Assembly: GCA_020632755.1 (NCBI GenBank)
Contig: JACKEY010000009.1
Coordinates: forward strand, 63,332-127,331
Reading direction: 5' to 3'
DNA: 64,000 nt
Source: Alphaproteobacteria bacterium
Lineage (GTDB): Bacteria; Myxococcota_A; UBA796; UBA2385
The notes under the pieces are model-generated. The model saw only the letters and a program-made list of their open reading frames with translations. It made no database searches and had not been told where the DNA came from. A program made the position numbers and the translations under genes. This document shows positions 19,286-26,964 of the stretch, one piece after another (the first letter of the stretch is position 1; each line of letters opens with the position of its first letter).

Positions 19286-19288
19286 GCC

Positions 19289-21529
19289 ATGAGCGCGGGA
19301 ACGTCCTCGGCATTCGAGCGCCTGCACCCGGACATCCAGCGCCTCCTCTGGCGGTGGGAGTGGCGAGAGCTCAACGATGCCCAGGAGCGCGCCGTGGCGC
19401 CGATCCTGGCTGGCGAACAGGACGTGGTCATCGCCGCCCCTACCGGCGGAGGCAAGACCGAGGCGGCCTACCTTCCTCTGCTGACGAGGATCCTCAATGC
19501 TTCCGAGCCCGGGTTGCGCGCCTTGTATGTCGCCCCGCTCAAAGCGCTTATCAACGATCAGCATCGGCGCCTGGAGGCGATGACCGAGGCGCTGGAAGTT
19601 CCTGTGCACAAATGGCACGGCGATGTGCCAAGTGCTCGAAAGCGGAAGGTGACCCAGACTCCCAGCGGCGTCTTGCTCATCACTCCAGAGTCACTGGAGG
19701 CCATCTTCGTCAACCATGGCACTCGAGTGGCTCAGCTCTTCGCGGGCCTCTCTCATGTCGTCATCGACGAACTCCACTCGTTCTTCGGCACGGAACGCGG
19801 CAGGCAACTGCAGAGCCTCCTGCACCGCGTGGAGCTGGCTGCAGGTCGACGCGTTCCGCGCGTCGGCCTCAGCGCCACCTTGGGTGATGCGACCCTTGCG
19901 GCCACATTCCTTCGACCGGGACAGGCATTGGGGGTAGAGATCATCGAGGGAGGTGCGGCGACCCACGAGCTTCGGCTTCAAGTGCGAGGCTATCGCCACC
20001 GGGCTCCGCGGCTGTCGAAGGCCGAGCTTCGCGAGCTCGATGAGCACGGTAGGGAAGCAGTCCTTGAGGATGCCGTGGACGGCGACGTGCTGGACATCGC
20101 AGACCACATGTACGGCGCCCTGCGAGGCAAGGACAACTTGGTGTTCGCGAACCGAAGGGCCGAGGTCGAGCTGTTCGCCGACCTGCTCAGGCGTACCTCG
20201 GAGCGGCAACGGGTCCCGAACGAGTTCTGGGCCCACCACGGGAGTCTGTCGCGCGAGCTCCGAGAAGACGCGGAGCGAGCGCTCAAGGAATTGGGGGTAG
20301 CCACGGCCGTGTGCACATCGACGCTCGAAATGGGGATCGACATCGGCACGGTGCACAGCGTGGCGCAGGTAGGCTGCCCGCCCTCGGTTGCAGCGATGCG
20401 TCAGAGACTCGGCCGGTCGGGCCGCCGCGGAGACCCGTCAATTCTCCGCATCTACGTGCAAGAGGCCGAGATCACGGAACGGAGCGCCCCGGCGGACCGC
20501 CTTCGACCGGAGCTTGTTCAGGCCGTGGCAATGGTCCGCCTCATGGTCCGAGACAGGTTCTGCGAGGCACCGAGGACGGGTGCCCTGCACCTGTCGACCA
20601 TGGTGCAGCAGCTGCTCTCGCTCATTGCACAGCACGGGGGTGTTCGGGCAGCCGCAGCGTTCCGCGCCCTATGCGTTGAGGGTCCCTTCGAGGCGGTCGA
20701 CCAGGCAGACTTCATGCTCTTCCTCCGAGGGCTTGGTGCGGCGGAGCTGATCGAGCAGGACTCCACTGGGCTGCTGCTTCACGGTCGCGTCGGAGAGCGA
20801 GTCGTCAACCACTACTCCTTCTACGCTGCCTTTCGGAGCCCCGAAGAGTACCGCCTGGTTTGCAGGGGCCGAACGCTGGGGTCGCTTCCCATCGACTCCC
20901 CCCTCTATGAAGGCGCCTATGTCGTGTTCGGGGGCCGACGCTGGAAGGTGGAGTCCGTCGATCAGGAGCGGCGGGTGATCCATCTGTTGCCTTCCAGTGC
21001 TGGCCGCCCACCCAAGTTCGGTGGTGGCTCGGGGGCACTGGTGGACGACGAGGTGCGCCGAGAAATGCTCCGCGTCTTGACGGATGGCTCGGTGAACCGC
21101 TTCGTCGACCCGACAGGGCTGGACCTGTTGGAGGAAGCCCGCGCCGAGTTCAGCCAGTTGGGACTCACCGGCAACGACATCCTGCGAGATGGCTCGGATG
21201 CGACGATCATCTGCTGGGTGGGCGACCGAGCGCTGGACACAATGGCGGTCCAACTCAAGGCCGAAGGCATCGACGCCGCCAGGCATGGCATCGCAGTCTG
21301 GGTTGCGAAGACCTCGCCGGAAGACCTCACCGCAGTTGCCCGTACCCTCGCCGCCAGGGGTCCCGCAGACGCAGTCGAGCTGGCGCGTGGCGTCGAGAAC
21401 AAGGCCGTCGAGAAGTACGACGAGTTCGTGCCGCACGAGTTGCTGTGCCGGGACTACGCCGGCCGGGCGCTGGATGTGGTGGGGGCCTGGGGGGTTTGGA
21501 AGCGGCTCGCGGCGTCCACCGCCAGCTGA
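19289..21529 (+). CDS. sngC: Lhr-like DEAD/DEAH-box superfamily 2 helicase (Shango SngC-like)
   Basis: Starts 4 nt after the sngB stop. AAPTGGGKTEAAYLPLL (motif I), VIDELHSF (DExH), SATLG (motif III), TSTLEMGIDIG and RLGRSGRRG (motifs V/VI). Long C-terminal domain. Confidence 0.85.
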   Translation: MSAGTSSAFERLHPDIQRLLWRWEWRELNDAQERAVAPILAGEQDVVIAAPTGGGKTEAAYLPLLTRILNASEPGLRALYVAPLKALINDQHRRLEAMTEALEVPVHKWHGDVPSARKRKVTQTPSGVLLITPESLEAIFVNHGTRVAQLFAGLSHVVIDELHSFFGTERGRQLQSLLHRVELAAGRRVPRVGLSATLGDATLAATFLRPGQALGVEIIEGGAATHELRLQVRGYRHRAPRLSKAELRELDEHGREAVLEDAVDGDVLDIADHMYGALRGKDNLVFANRRAEVELFADLLRRTSERQRVPNEFWAHHGSLSRELREDAERALKELGVATAVCTSTLEMGIDIGTVHSVAQVGCPPSVAAMRQRLGRSGRRGDPSILRIYVQEAEITERSAPADRLRPELVQAVAMVRLMVRDRFCEAPRTGALHLSTMVQQLLSLIAQHGGVRAAAAFRALCVEGPFEAVDQADFMLFLRGLGAAELIEQDSTGLLLHGRVGERVVNHYSFYAAFRSPEEYRLVCRGRTLGSLPIDSPLYEGAYVVFGGRRWKVESVDQERRVIHLLPSSAGRPPKFGGGSGALVDDEVRREMLRVLTDGSVNRFVDPTGLDLLEEARAEFSQLGLTGNDILRDGSDATIICWVGDRALDTMAVQLKAEGIDAARHGIAVWVAKTSPEDLTAVARTLAARGPADAVELARGVENKAVEKYDEFVPHELLCRDYAGRALDVVGAWGVWKRLAASTAS

Positions 21530-21868
21530 CAGCCGACGCGCGCCGTCCGGCGCCCACACCAGTAGGCCCACCTACGGTCAGCCGGCGAGCAAGCCCTCGA
21601 CGAACCCATCCGGCCCGCGAACGGTGACCCGCCTATCCGCCCCTCCCCGGAAGGAGTCGGCATGCCTTGAGGTCCCGGCACCGATCCCGCAGTCCGTGAA
21701 CGATGACGCAGCCAAGTCGCGGCGCAGGCGGCGTCCGGCCTGACGGTCCGTGCGTTCGCTCAACAACAGGGGATGGGATCGGCGCCGAGTCGCTGCATCG
21801 CTGGCGCGCGTGTCAAGCGACATCAGAAACTGACCCACCGACGACACCAAGAACTGCCCCCCCCCTCT

Positions 21869-22090
21869 TCACTGGTGGTGGGTGGTGTCGGCAGCCCGGA
21901 GAAGCCCGGACCACCGCTTCTCGCGAAGGCGGTAGCTGTCGCCGCGGATGGTGACGTCGTGGCTGTGGTGGAGCAGGCGATCGAGGATCGCGGTGGCGAC
22001 GACGCTGTCGCCGAAAACGGTGCCCGACTCGGCGACGTTGCGGTTGCTGGTGACCAGCGTGCTGCCGCGCTCGTAGCGGCGGCTGACCAG
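21869..22090 (-). pseudogene. IS21-family istB (helper ATPase) C-terminal fragment
   Basis: LVSRRYERGSTLVTSNRNVAESGTVFGDSVVATAILDRLLHHSHDVTIRGDSYRLREKR is the conserved IstB C-terminus. The N-terminal two thirds and istA are absent. Truncation sits at the hairpin CCCCCTCC-cttgcga-GGAGGGGG (22091-22113). Confidence 0.8.
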
Positions 22091-22623
22091 CCCCCTCCCT
22101 TGCGAGGAGGGGGTCGAGCTCAGTCTCAAAGCCGAGATCCGGCCGATGGCCCCAAGCGGTGACGATCAGCGGTACATGCTGGTGGTCGACCTGTACAAGA
22201 CCACTGCCGCCGACGGCAAGGAGTTCGTGACCCGCGGAATTCCAGACGTCGGCTACGAGCTCTACTACAAGTCCGAACTCTGTGGTGGGCTGGTCCTTGA
22301 GGTTCGATCGAAGGCCATTGCGAGCGAGTAGAGCAGCCGTTGGCCGCGAAATCGCCGGGGAGGCGGGCACCTGACCAACAGCCTCCCCCGCCTCCTGTGT
22401 AGCGAGATTCGGCGCGCCATCAGTGACCCACCAACCCCCTCCCCTCCAGCACCCAGCTCAGCCCCAACAGGTTGAGCACGGCCCCCAGGATCGCCACCGC
22501 CACCGCGTGCGCGACCGGTGACCGGGCAAGGGTGCGCACGAGCTCCCAGCTGTCCTTGCGCTGCTCGACGCGGGTATGGTCGACGGCGAGAGGGCTCGCT
22601 CGGAGAACACGGTCAGGTGAGCC

Positions 22624-22857
22624 CTACCTGAGCGGATAGTACTCCTGCTCGACTGTGCGCCCGTCGTAGAGCTCGAAGACGATGGTGTAGGTCTCGGGCC
22701 CGGCGCGCACGGTCGCAGACTTCAAGACTGTATCGGCCGATGTCTTGAAGGAGTACGTGCCGGATGTCGGGAGCCGATTCTCGGCACATTCGCGATGCGG
22801 TTCACACGAAACCGACACCAGGAGAACGAGACCAGCCATGCAGGTTCGATGGCTCAT
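22624..22857 (-). CDS. small hypothetical secreted/lipoprotein-like protein
   Basis: MSHRTCMAGLVLLVSVSCEPH... then a beta-rich 55 aa. Its start overlaps the stop of the upstream small ORF. Island cargo. Weak support. Confidence 0.3.
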   Translation of the reverse strand: MSHRTCMAGLVLLVSVSCEPHRECAENRLPTSGTYSFKTSADTVLKSATVRAGPETYTIVFELYDGRTVEQEYYPLR

Positions 22858-23168
22858 TCTGCATCGGCGGGGAACAGGGTGATGTCTCGGTCGTCGATAC
22901 CCCGGACCTCGATCCACATGATCCCATCCCCCCGGTAGGAGATGACCACCTCCTCCAGGTCGAGCTCCCGCGCGACGCTCCCCGAATCCGCCTCGGTCCA
23001 GGTCGAGTCCACCGCTCGCCACGGGTCCGAGAACCAATCACAGAACGCCTTGGCGCTCCCTCCCAGCGCCACCGACAGCGCGATCAGGGCGCCCGCCGCG
23101 TGAACACAGCGACGTCTGACACCGGCGCTGCCTCCGGCAGGCAACTGGTTCGATTCGGTCTCCACCAA
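22854..23168 (-). CDS. small hypothetical secreted protein
   Basis: 104-aa ORF with the hydrophobic segment AAGALIALSVALGGSA. Adjacent to and co-oriented with 22624..22857. Weak support. Confidence 0.3.
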   Translation of the reverse strand: MVETESNQLPAGGSAGVRRRCVHAAGALIALSVALGGSAKAFCDWFSDPWRAVDSTWTEADSGSVARELDLEEVVISYRGDGIMWIEVRGIDDRDITLFPADAE

Positions 23169-23251
23169 GAACAGCGTAGCACTGGCGCTGAGGCCGCAAA
23201 CAGTGGAGGTTCATGCGTCCGACCGCCAACCACTCCCCTCCCCAACCCACT

Positions 23252-23312
23252 CGAGACGCAACGAAGCCCGCCGGAGCGGGCTTCGAGCCGAGAGAGCGCT
23301 CATCAGCTGCAA
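23252..23312 (+). repeat. direct repeat, right copy (att-like)
   Basis: Identical to 15552-15612. Confidence 0.95.
23263..23284 (-). terminator. hairpin GAAGCCCGC-nnnn-GCGGGCTTC, 65 nt downstream of the stop of the 23350..24480 gene
   Basis: Perfect 9-bp stem and 4-nt loop, positioned as an intrinsic terminator for the minus-strand lipoprotein gene. No U-tract. Confidence 0.45.
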
Positions 23313-23349
23313 GGTCGCGCTGAATCGCAGCGGCTCCGCCGCCTGCGAT

Positions 23350-24480
23350 TCAGAGGTTGTACATCATGTACTGCAGCACCTGCAGCACGTCGCTGTTGGC
23401 GTTCTTGGCGACGCGGAAGGTGCTGTAGACCACCTTGCCTTCGCCGGCGCCGAAGCTGACCAGCATGGGGGCGGTGGGGATGTTCCGGGTGACGGTGCCC
23501 TGGCGGTAGGTCACGTCGCCGCGCAGGTGCACGCTGACGGAGTCGCTGGCGGTCTCGATGGGCGGCCAGACCGGCAGGTCGTACTCGACCTCGATGTAGT
23601 CCTTGTCGAGCCAGGCGCCCATGGACGCGTCGCTGACGGCGGCGCTGACCAGGTCGTACTCGCCGAGCTGGGCGGCGTCGGGGACGTTGTCGTCGCCGAC
23701 GAAGTCCAGGCGGTCGGGGTAGGCCTGCTCGACCACGTCGTAGGCCCAGTCGCTGGCGTAGATGCTGCCGCCGCCCTCGACGTAGGCGCGGATGTTGTCC
23801 ATCACCTCTTCGGACACGGGGATGGTGCCGGTGTCCACTTCTTCGCCACCGCCCAGGCCGGGCTCGTCCTCGTCGTCCTGGACCTCGTAGATCAGGCCCT
23901 CTTCGACATGGCCGCCGTTGAAGAAGATGATGTCGTAGGACTGCATGGCCGTCAGGTCGGTCAGGAAGCCCTCGACCTCGCTGCGGTCCAGCCCGTCGAT
24001 CTCGGTGTAGTTGGCGAAGCCCATGTTCGACAGCACCAGCTCGAAGCTGTCGTAGCTGCCGGAGATGATGGCCACGTCGATGGTCAGCGGGTCGAAGCAG
24101 TCCGGCTCGGCCAGGACCTTGTCTTCGCCGTCGCCCAGCCACAGGCCGTACTTCTGCTGGTCGCCCAGCGTGTCGCCGCCGAACTGGATCAGCACGTCGT
24201 ACTCGGCTTCACCGGGCAGCTCTTCCAGCAGGAAGTAGCCGTCGCGGTCGGTGTAGGCGATGCGGGTCTCGATGACGCGGTCGCCGCCCCGTTCCTTGAC
24301 GTGGGTGTAGACCGTCGCGTCCTGGAGCCAGGTCTTGCCCGACGCATCGCAGACGCGGCCGGAGATCTGTCCCGGGCTGATGACAGGGTTGCTGTCGTCG
24401 ATGCGGGTGAAGGTCTTGTCCTGGGTGCAGCCGGCGGCCAGGGTGGCGAGGCCGGCGGCCAGAAGGAAGCGAGTGCGCAC
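23350..24480 (-). CDS. lipoprotein, CarboxypepD_reg-like N-domain plus GATase1-like/ThuA-like domain (paralog A)
   Basis: MRTRFLLAAGLATLAAGC lipobox. Similar along its full length to 25296..26363 (shared blocks CFDPL.IDVAI, MGFANY, FFNGGH.EEG, YASDW.YDVVEQ, RLDFVGDD.VPDAAQ.GEYDL, DLPVWPP, LQY..Y.L). Fold assignment is inference. Confidence 0.75.
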   Translation of the reverse strand: MRTRFLLAAGLATLAAGCTQDKTFTRIDDSNPVISPGQISGRVCDASGKTWLQDATVYTHVKERGGDRVIETRIAYTDRDGYFLLEELPGEAEYDVLIQFGGDTLGDQQKYGLWLGDGEDKVLAEPDCFDPLTIDVAIISGSYDSFELVLSNMGFANYTEIDGLDRSEVEGFLTDLTAMQSYDIIFFNGGHVEEGLIYEVQDDEDEPGLGGGEEVDTGTIPVSEEVMDNIRAYVEGGGSIYASDWAYDVVEQAYPDRLDFVGDDNVPDAAQLGEYDLVSAAVSDASMGAWLDKDYIEVEYDLPVWPPIETASDSVSVHLRGDVTYRQGTVTRNIPTAPMLVSFGAGEGKVVYSTFRVAKNANSDVLQVLQYMMYNL

Positions 24481-24549
24481 GTTGGCCTCCGAGAGGGGTG
24501 CGGAACGGATGCATTGTAGTCGCGCCAGACCGGGATGGTCAACTGCGTG

Positions 24550-25299
24550 TCACAGGGCGGAGACCACGTACTGGACGGCCTGGAGGAAGTCGGCGGGGGC
24601 ATCGCCCGAGAGCCGTGGAACGCTGTGCACGATCCGGCCCTCGCCCAGCCGGGCCGAGGTCAGCAGCGGGGCGGCGGGCAGCTCGCCCGCGGGCAGCACG
24701 ACGCGGGCCACCAGGTGCACGCCGACCGCATCGCCGGCGCGCTCGATCGGCGCGCTGCCAGCACCCAGCGACAGGGCCTCGATGTCGTTGGCGCCGAGCA
24801 GCGCCGACAGGCTGGCGTCCGCGATCGTGGCGTCCACCGTCTGCGCCGGCGCGACCTCGGCGGCCCCGGCGACGGACTCCTCGCCGACGAAGTCCAGCAC
24901 GTCGGGCGCGACGCCGTGCACGACCTCGTAGCTGCGGCCGGTCGACAGCAGGATGCCGCCTCCCTCCACCCATGCCGCCAGCGCCGCCAGCCCGGGCCCG
25001 CTGGCCTCGCCCCACAAGACGCCCTCCTCCGACAGCCCCTCGTCCAGGACCACCAGCTCGAAGGCGTCGAGGGAACCCTCCAGCGCCCCCGCGGTCGCGA
25101 CCGGGTCGCCGCCGTCGACGATGGCGAAGGCGCTGAGCCCGAGCGCGGCCATGCCGTCGAAGGTGTCGACCCCGCCGTCGCCGTGGACGAGCAGGGTGTC
25201 GAGGTCGACGACCTGCTGCCCCCCGCCCGTGTCGTGGGGCTCCGCGCCCGAGTCCAGCGGCTCCGAGCCCGCGGCGCAGGCCAGGAACAAGGCGATCAC
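24550..25299 (-). CDS. shorter divergent paralog lacking the N-terminal domain (possible lipoprotein; start uncertain)
   Basis: GTG overlaps the stop of the upstream paralog (GTGA). VIALFLACAAG... Retains blocks WVEGGG, DVLDFVGEE and LQAVQYVVSAL. The signal peptide would be unusually short. Confidence 0.5.
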   Translation of the reverse strand: MIALFLACAAGSEPLDSGAEPHDTGGGQQVVDLDTLLVHGDGGVDTFDGMAALGLSAFAIVDGGDPVATAGALEGSLDAFELVVLDEGLSEEGVLWGEASGPGLAALAAWVEGGGILLSTGRSYEVVHGVAPDVLDFVGEESVAGAAEVAPAQTVDATIADASLSALLGANDIEALSLGAGSAPIERAGDAVGVHLVARVVLPAGELPAAPLLTSARLGEGRIVHSVPRLSGDAPADFLQAVQYVVSAL

Positions 25300-26363
25300 A
25301 GCGTGTAGAGCAGGTACTGCAGGCTGCTCTGCAGGTCGGCGCTGGCGTTGCGGGCGACCCGGAACGAGCTGTAGATGACGCGGCCCTCGCCCTGGCTGAA
25401 GCTGACCAGCAGCGGGGCGGACGGCAACGTCTGCACGACCGTGCCCTGGCGCCAGCGCACGTCGCCGGAGATGTGCACGGACACGCCGTCGTCGACGGCG
25501 ATTACGGGCGGCCAGACGGGCAGGTCGAACTCGACCTCGACGTGCAGGCGGTCGAGGTACTCGGACAGCGCCACGTCGGAGACGGCGGCGTTGATCAGAT
25601 CGTACTCGCCGGTCTGGGCGGCGTCGGGCACGTCGTCGTCGCCGACGAAGTCGAGCCGTGCGGGGAACACCTGCTCGACGACGTCGTAGGACCAGTCGCT
25701 GGCGTAGAGCATGCCGCCCGCCTCGACGTAGGCGGCGATGTTGTCGGCGACGGCCAGGGCCACGTCTTCGCCGGTGCCGTCGGCCGCCGGGTAGATGATG
25801 CCCTCCTCCAGGTGGCCGCCGTTGAAGAAGACCACGTCGTAGCGGGACAGATCGCTGGTCAGGAAGCTGGTCAGCTCCGCCTCGTCCAGCCCGTCGATGA
25901 CGTCGTAGTTGGCGAAGCCCATCGCCCGCAGCACGGCCTCGAAGTCGTCGTAGGCGCCCTGGACGATGGCCACGTCGATCTGCAGCGGGTCGAAACAGTC
26001 GGGCTCGTCCAGGATCAGGAGCCCGCCGCCTTCGAGCCACAGCCCGCCGTGTTCCTGGTCGTCGAGGTGCAGGCCGCCGACCTGGACGTACACGTCGTAG
26101 GCCTGCTCGCCGGGGAGCTCGTCGAGGACGTAGCGGCCATCGGGATCGGTGTAGACCTGCCGGGTCTCGACCACCCGCCCGTCGTCGTTGAGGATGTTCG
26201 TGTAGACCAGCGCGTCCTGCTGCCAGGTGCGGCCGTCGGCCGAGCAGACGCGGCCTTCGATCTGGCCGTCCGCCGCTGCGGCCGGGGCGGGCGGGTCCTT
26301 GTCGAGGCCGTACTCTGGGGTGCAGGCGAGGAGCAGGACGGGCAGGAGAGCGAGCGAGCGCAT
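25296..26363 (-). CDS. lipoprotein, CarboxypepD_reg-like N-domain plus GATase1-like domain (paralog B)
   Basis: Trimmed to MRSLALLPVLLLAC (lipobox). Colinear with paralog A. Confidence 0.75.
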   Translation of the reverse strand: MRSLALLPVLLLACTPEYGLDKDPPAPAAAADGQIEGRVCSADGRTWQQDALVYTNILNDDGRVVETRQVYTDPDGRYVLDELPGEQAYDVYVQVGGLHLDDQEHGGLWLEGGGLLILDEPDCFDPLQIDVAIVQGAYDDFEAVLRAMGFANYDVIDGLDEAELTSFLTSDLSRYDVVFFNGGHLEEGIIYPAADGTGEDVALAVADNIAAYVEAGGMLYASDWSYDVVEQVFPARLDFVGDDDVPDAAQTGEYDLINAAVSDVALSEYLDRLHVEVEFDLPVWPPVIAVDDGVSVHISGDVRWRQGTVVQTLPSAPLLVSFSQGEGRVIYSSFRVARNASADLQSSLQYLLYTL

Positions 26364-26436
26364 GGGGGGCCTCCGGGCAAGACGAAACCGTGCCGCTGCA
26401 CGGTAGGCGGCCCCGGGGCCGATTGTCAACGCGATG

Positions 26437-26961
26437 TCAGGAGCGTGCAGGGACGGCGGCGGCGACGAAGGAACCGCTGCGTCCGCCGTGCTTCTCGAGC
26501 AGCCGGATGTCCTGGATCTGCATGCCGCGGTCGATGGCCTTGACCATGTCGTAGACGGTCAGGCAGGCCGCGGTGACGCAGGTGAGCGCTTCCATCTCGA
26601 CCCCGGTCCTCCACCGGGTGCGCACGGTGGCGACCACCCGGATGCGGCCGTCGAGGGGGGCCACGTCGACCTCGACCCCGTCGATGGGCAGGGGGTGGCA
26701 GAGGGGGATGAGGTCGGCCGTGCGCTTGGCGGCCTGGATGCCGGCGAGGCGGGCGATCTGCAGCACGTCGCCCTTCTTGCTGCGGCCTTCGAGGATGGTG
26801 GCCAGGGCGTCGGGGGACAGGCGCACGAAGCCTTCGGCCCGGGCCATACGATCGCTGTCGGCCTTGGCGCCGACATCGACCATGCGCGGGTTCCCGTCGG
26901 CGTCGAGGTGGGTGAGCCCGCCGACACCGGGCGCCGGATCGCCGCGAGTGGGGTCGCCCAT
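26437..26961 (-). CDS. moaC: cyclic pyranopterin monophosphate synthase MoaC
   Basis: [47 protein letters not shown]...LT.YDM.KA, all typical MoaC blocks. Confidence 0.9.
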   Translation of the reverse strand: MGDPTRGDPAPGVGGLTHLDADGNPRMVDVGAKADSDRMARAEGFVRLSPDALATILEGRSKKGDVLQIARLAGIQAAKRTADLIPLCHPLPIDGVEVDVAPLDGRIRVVATVRTRWRTGVEMEALTCVTAACLTVYDMVKAIDRGMQIQDIRLLEKHGGRSGSFVAAAVPARS

Positions 26962-26964
26962 CGC

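Larger units (their letters stand above)
15552..23312. mobile_element. 7.7-kb genomic island bounded by a perfect 61-bp direct repeat (Shango-type cargo, IS21 remnant)
   Basis: The identical 61-mer occurs at 15552-15612 and 23252-23312. The cargo is unrelated to flanking envelope genes. It includes an istB fragment and stretches with more A/T-ending codons. Confidence 0.7.

Noticed and set aside
22146-22331. 61-aa ORF in a lower-GC patch of the Shango island (MAPSGDDQRYMLVVDLYKTTAADGKEFVTRG…).
   Set aside because: No RBS and no recognisable family. It sits immediately next to a truncated IS fragment and is more likely a gene fragment than an intact gene.
22421-22600. A minus-strand reading frame ending …AVAVAILGAVLNLLGLSWVLEGRGLVGH-stop, which looks like the C-terminal TM helix of a small membrane protein.
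   Set aside because: There is no start codon or RBS in frame within reach. It is probably a remnant and is not called as a gene.
23252-23312. A CUGAUGAG string on the minus strand of the 61-bp repeat (…GCAGCTGATGAGCGCTCTC…GAAGCCC…) that suggests a hammerhead ribozyme core.
   Set aside because: After CUGAUGA the required stem II does not form (GCGC… versus …GCUC mispair). Using the GAGC/GCUC pairing deletes part of the conserved core. No GAAA/cleavage-site arrangement fits.
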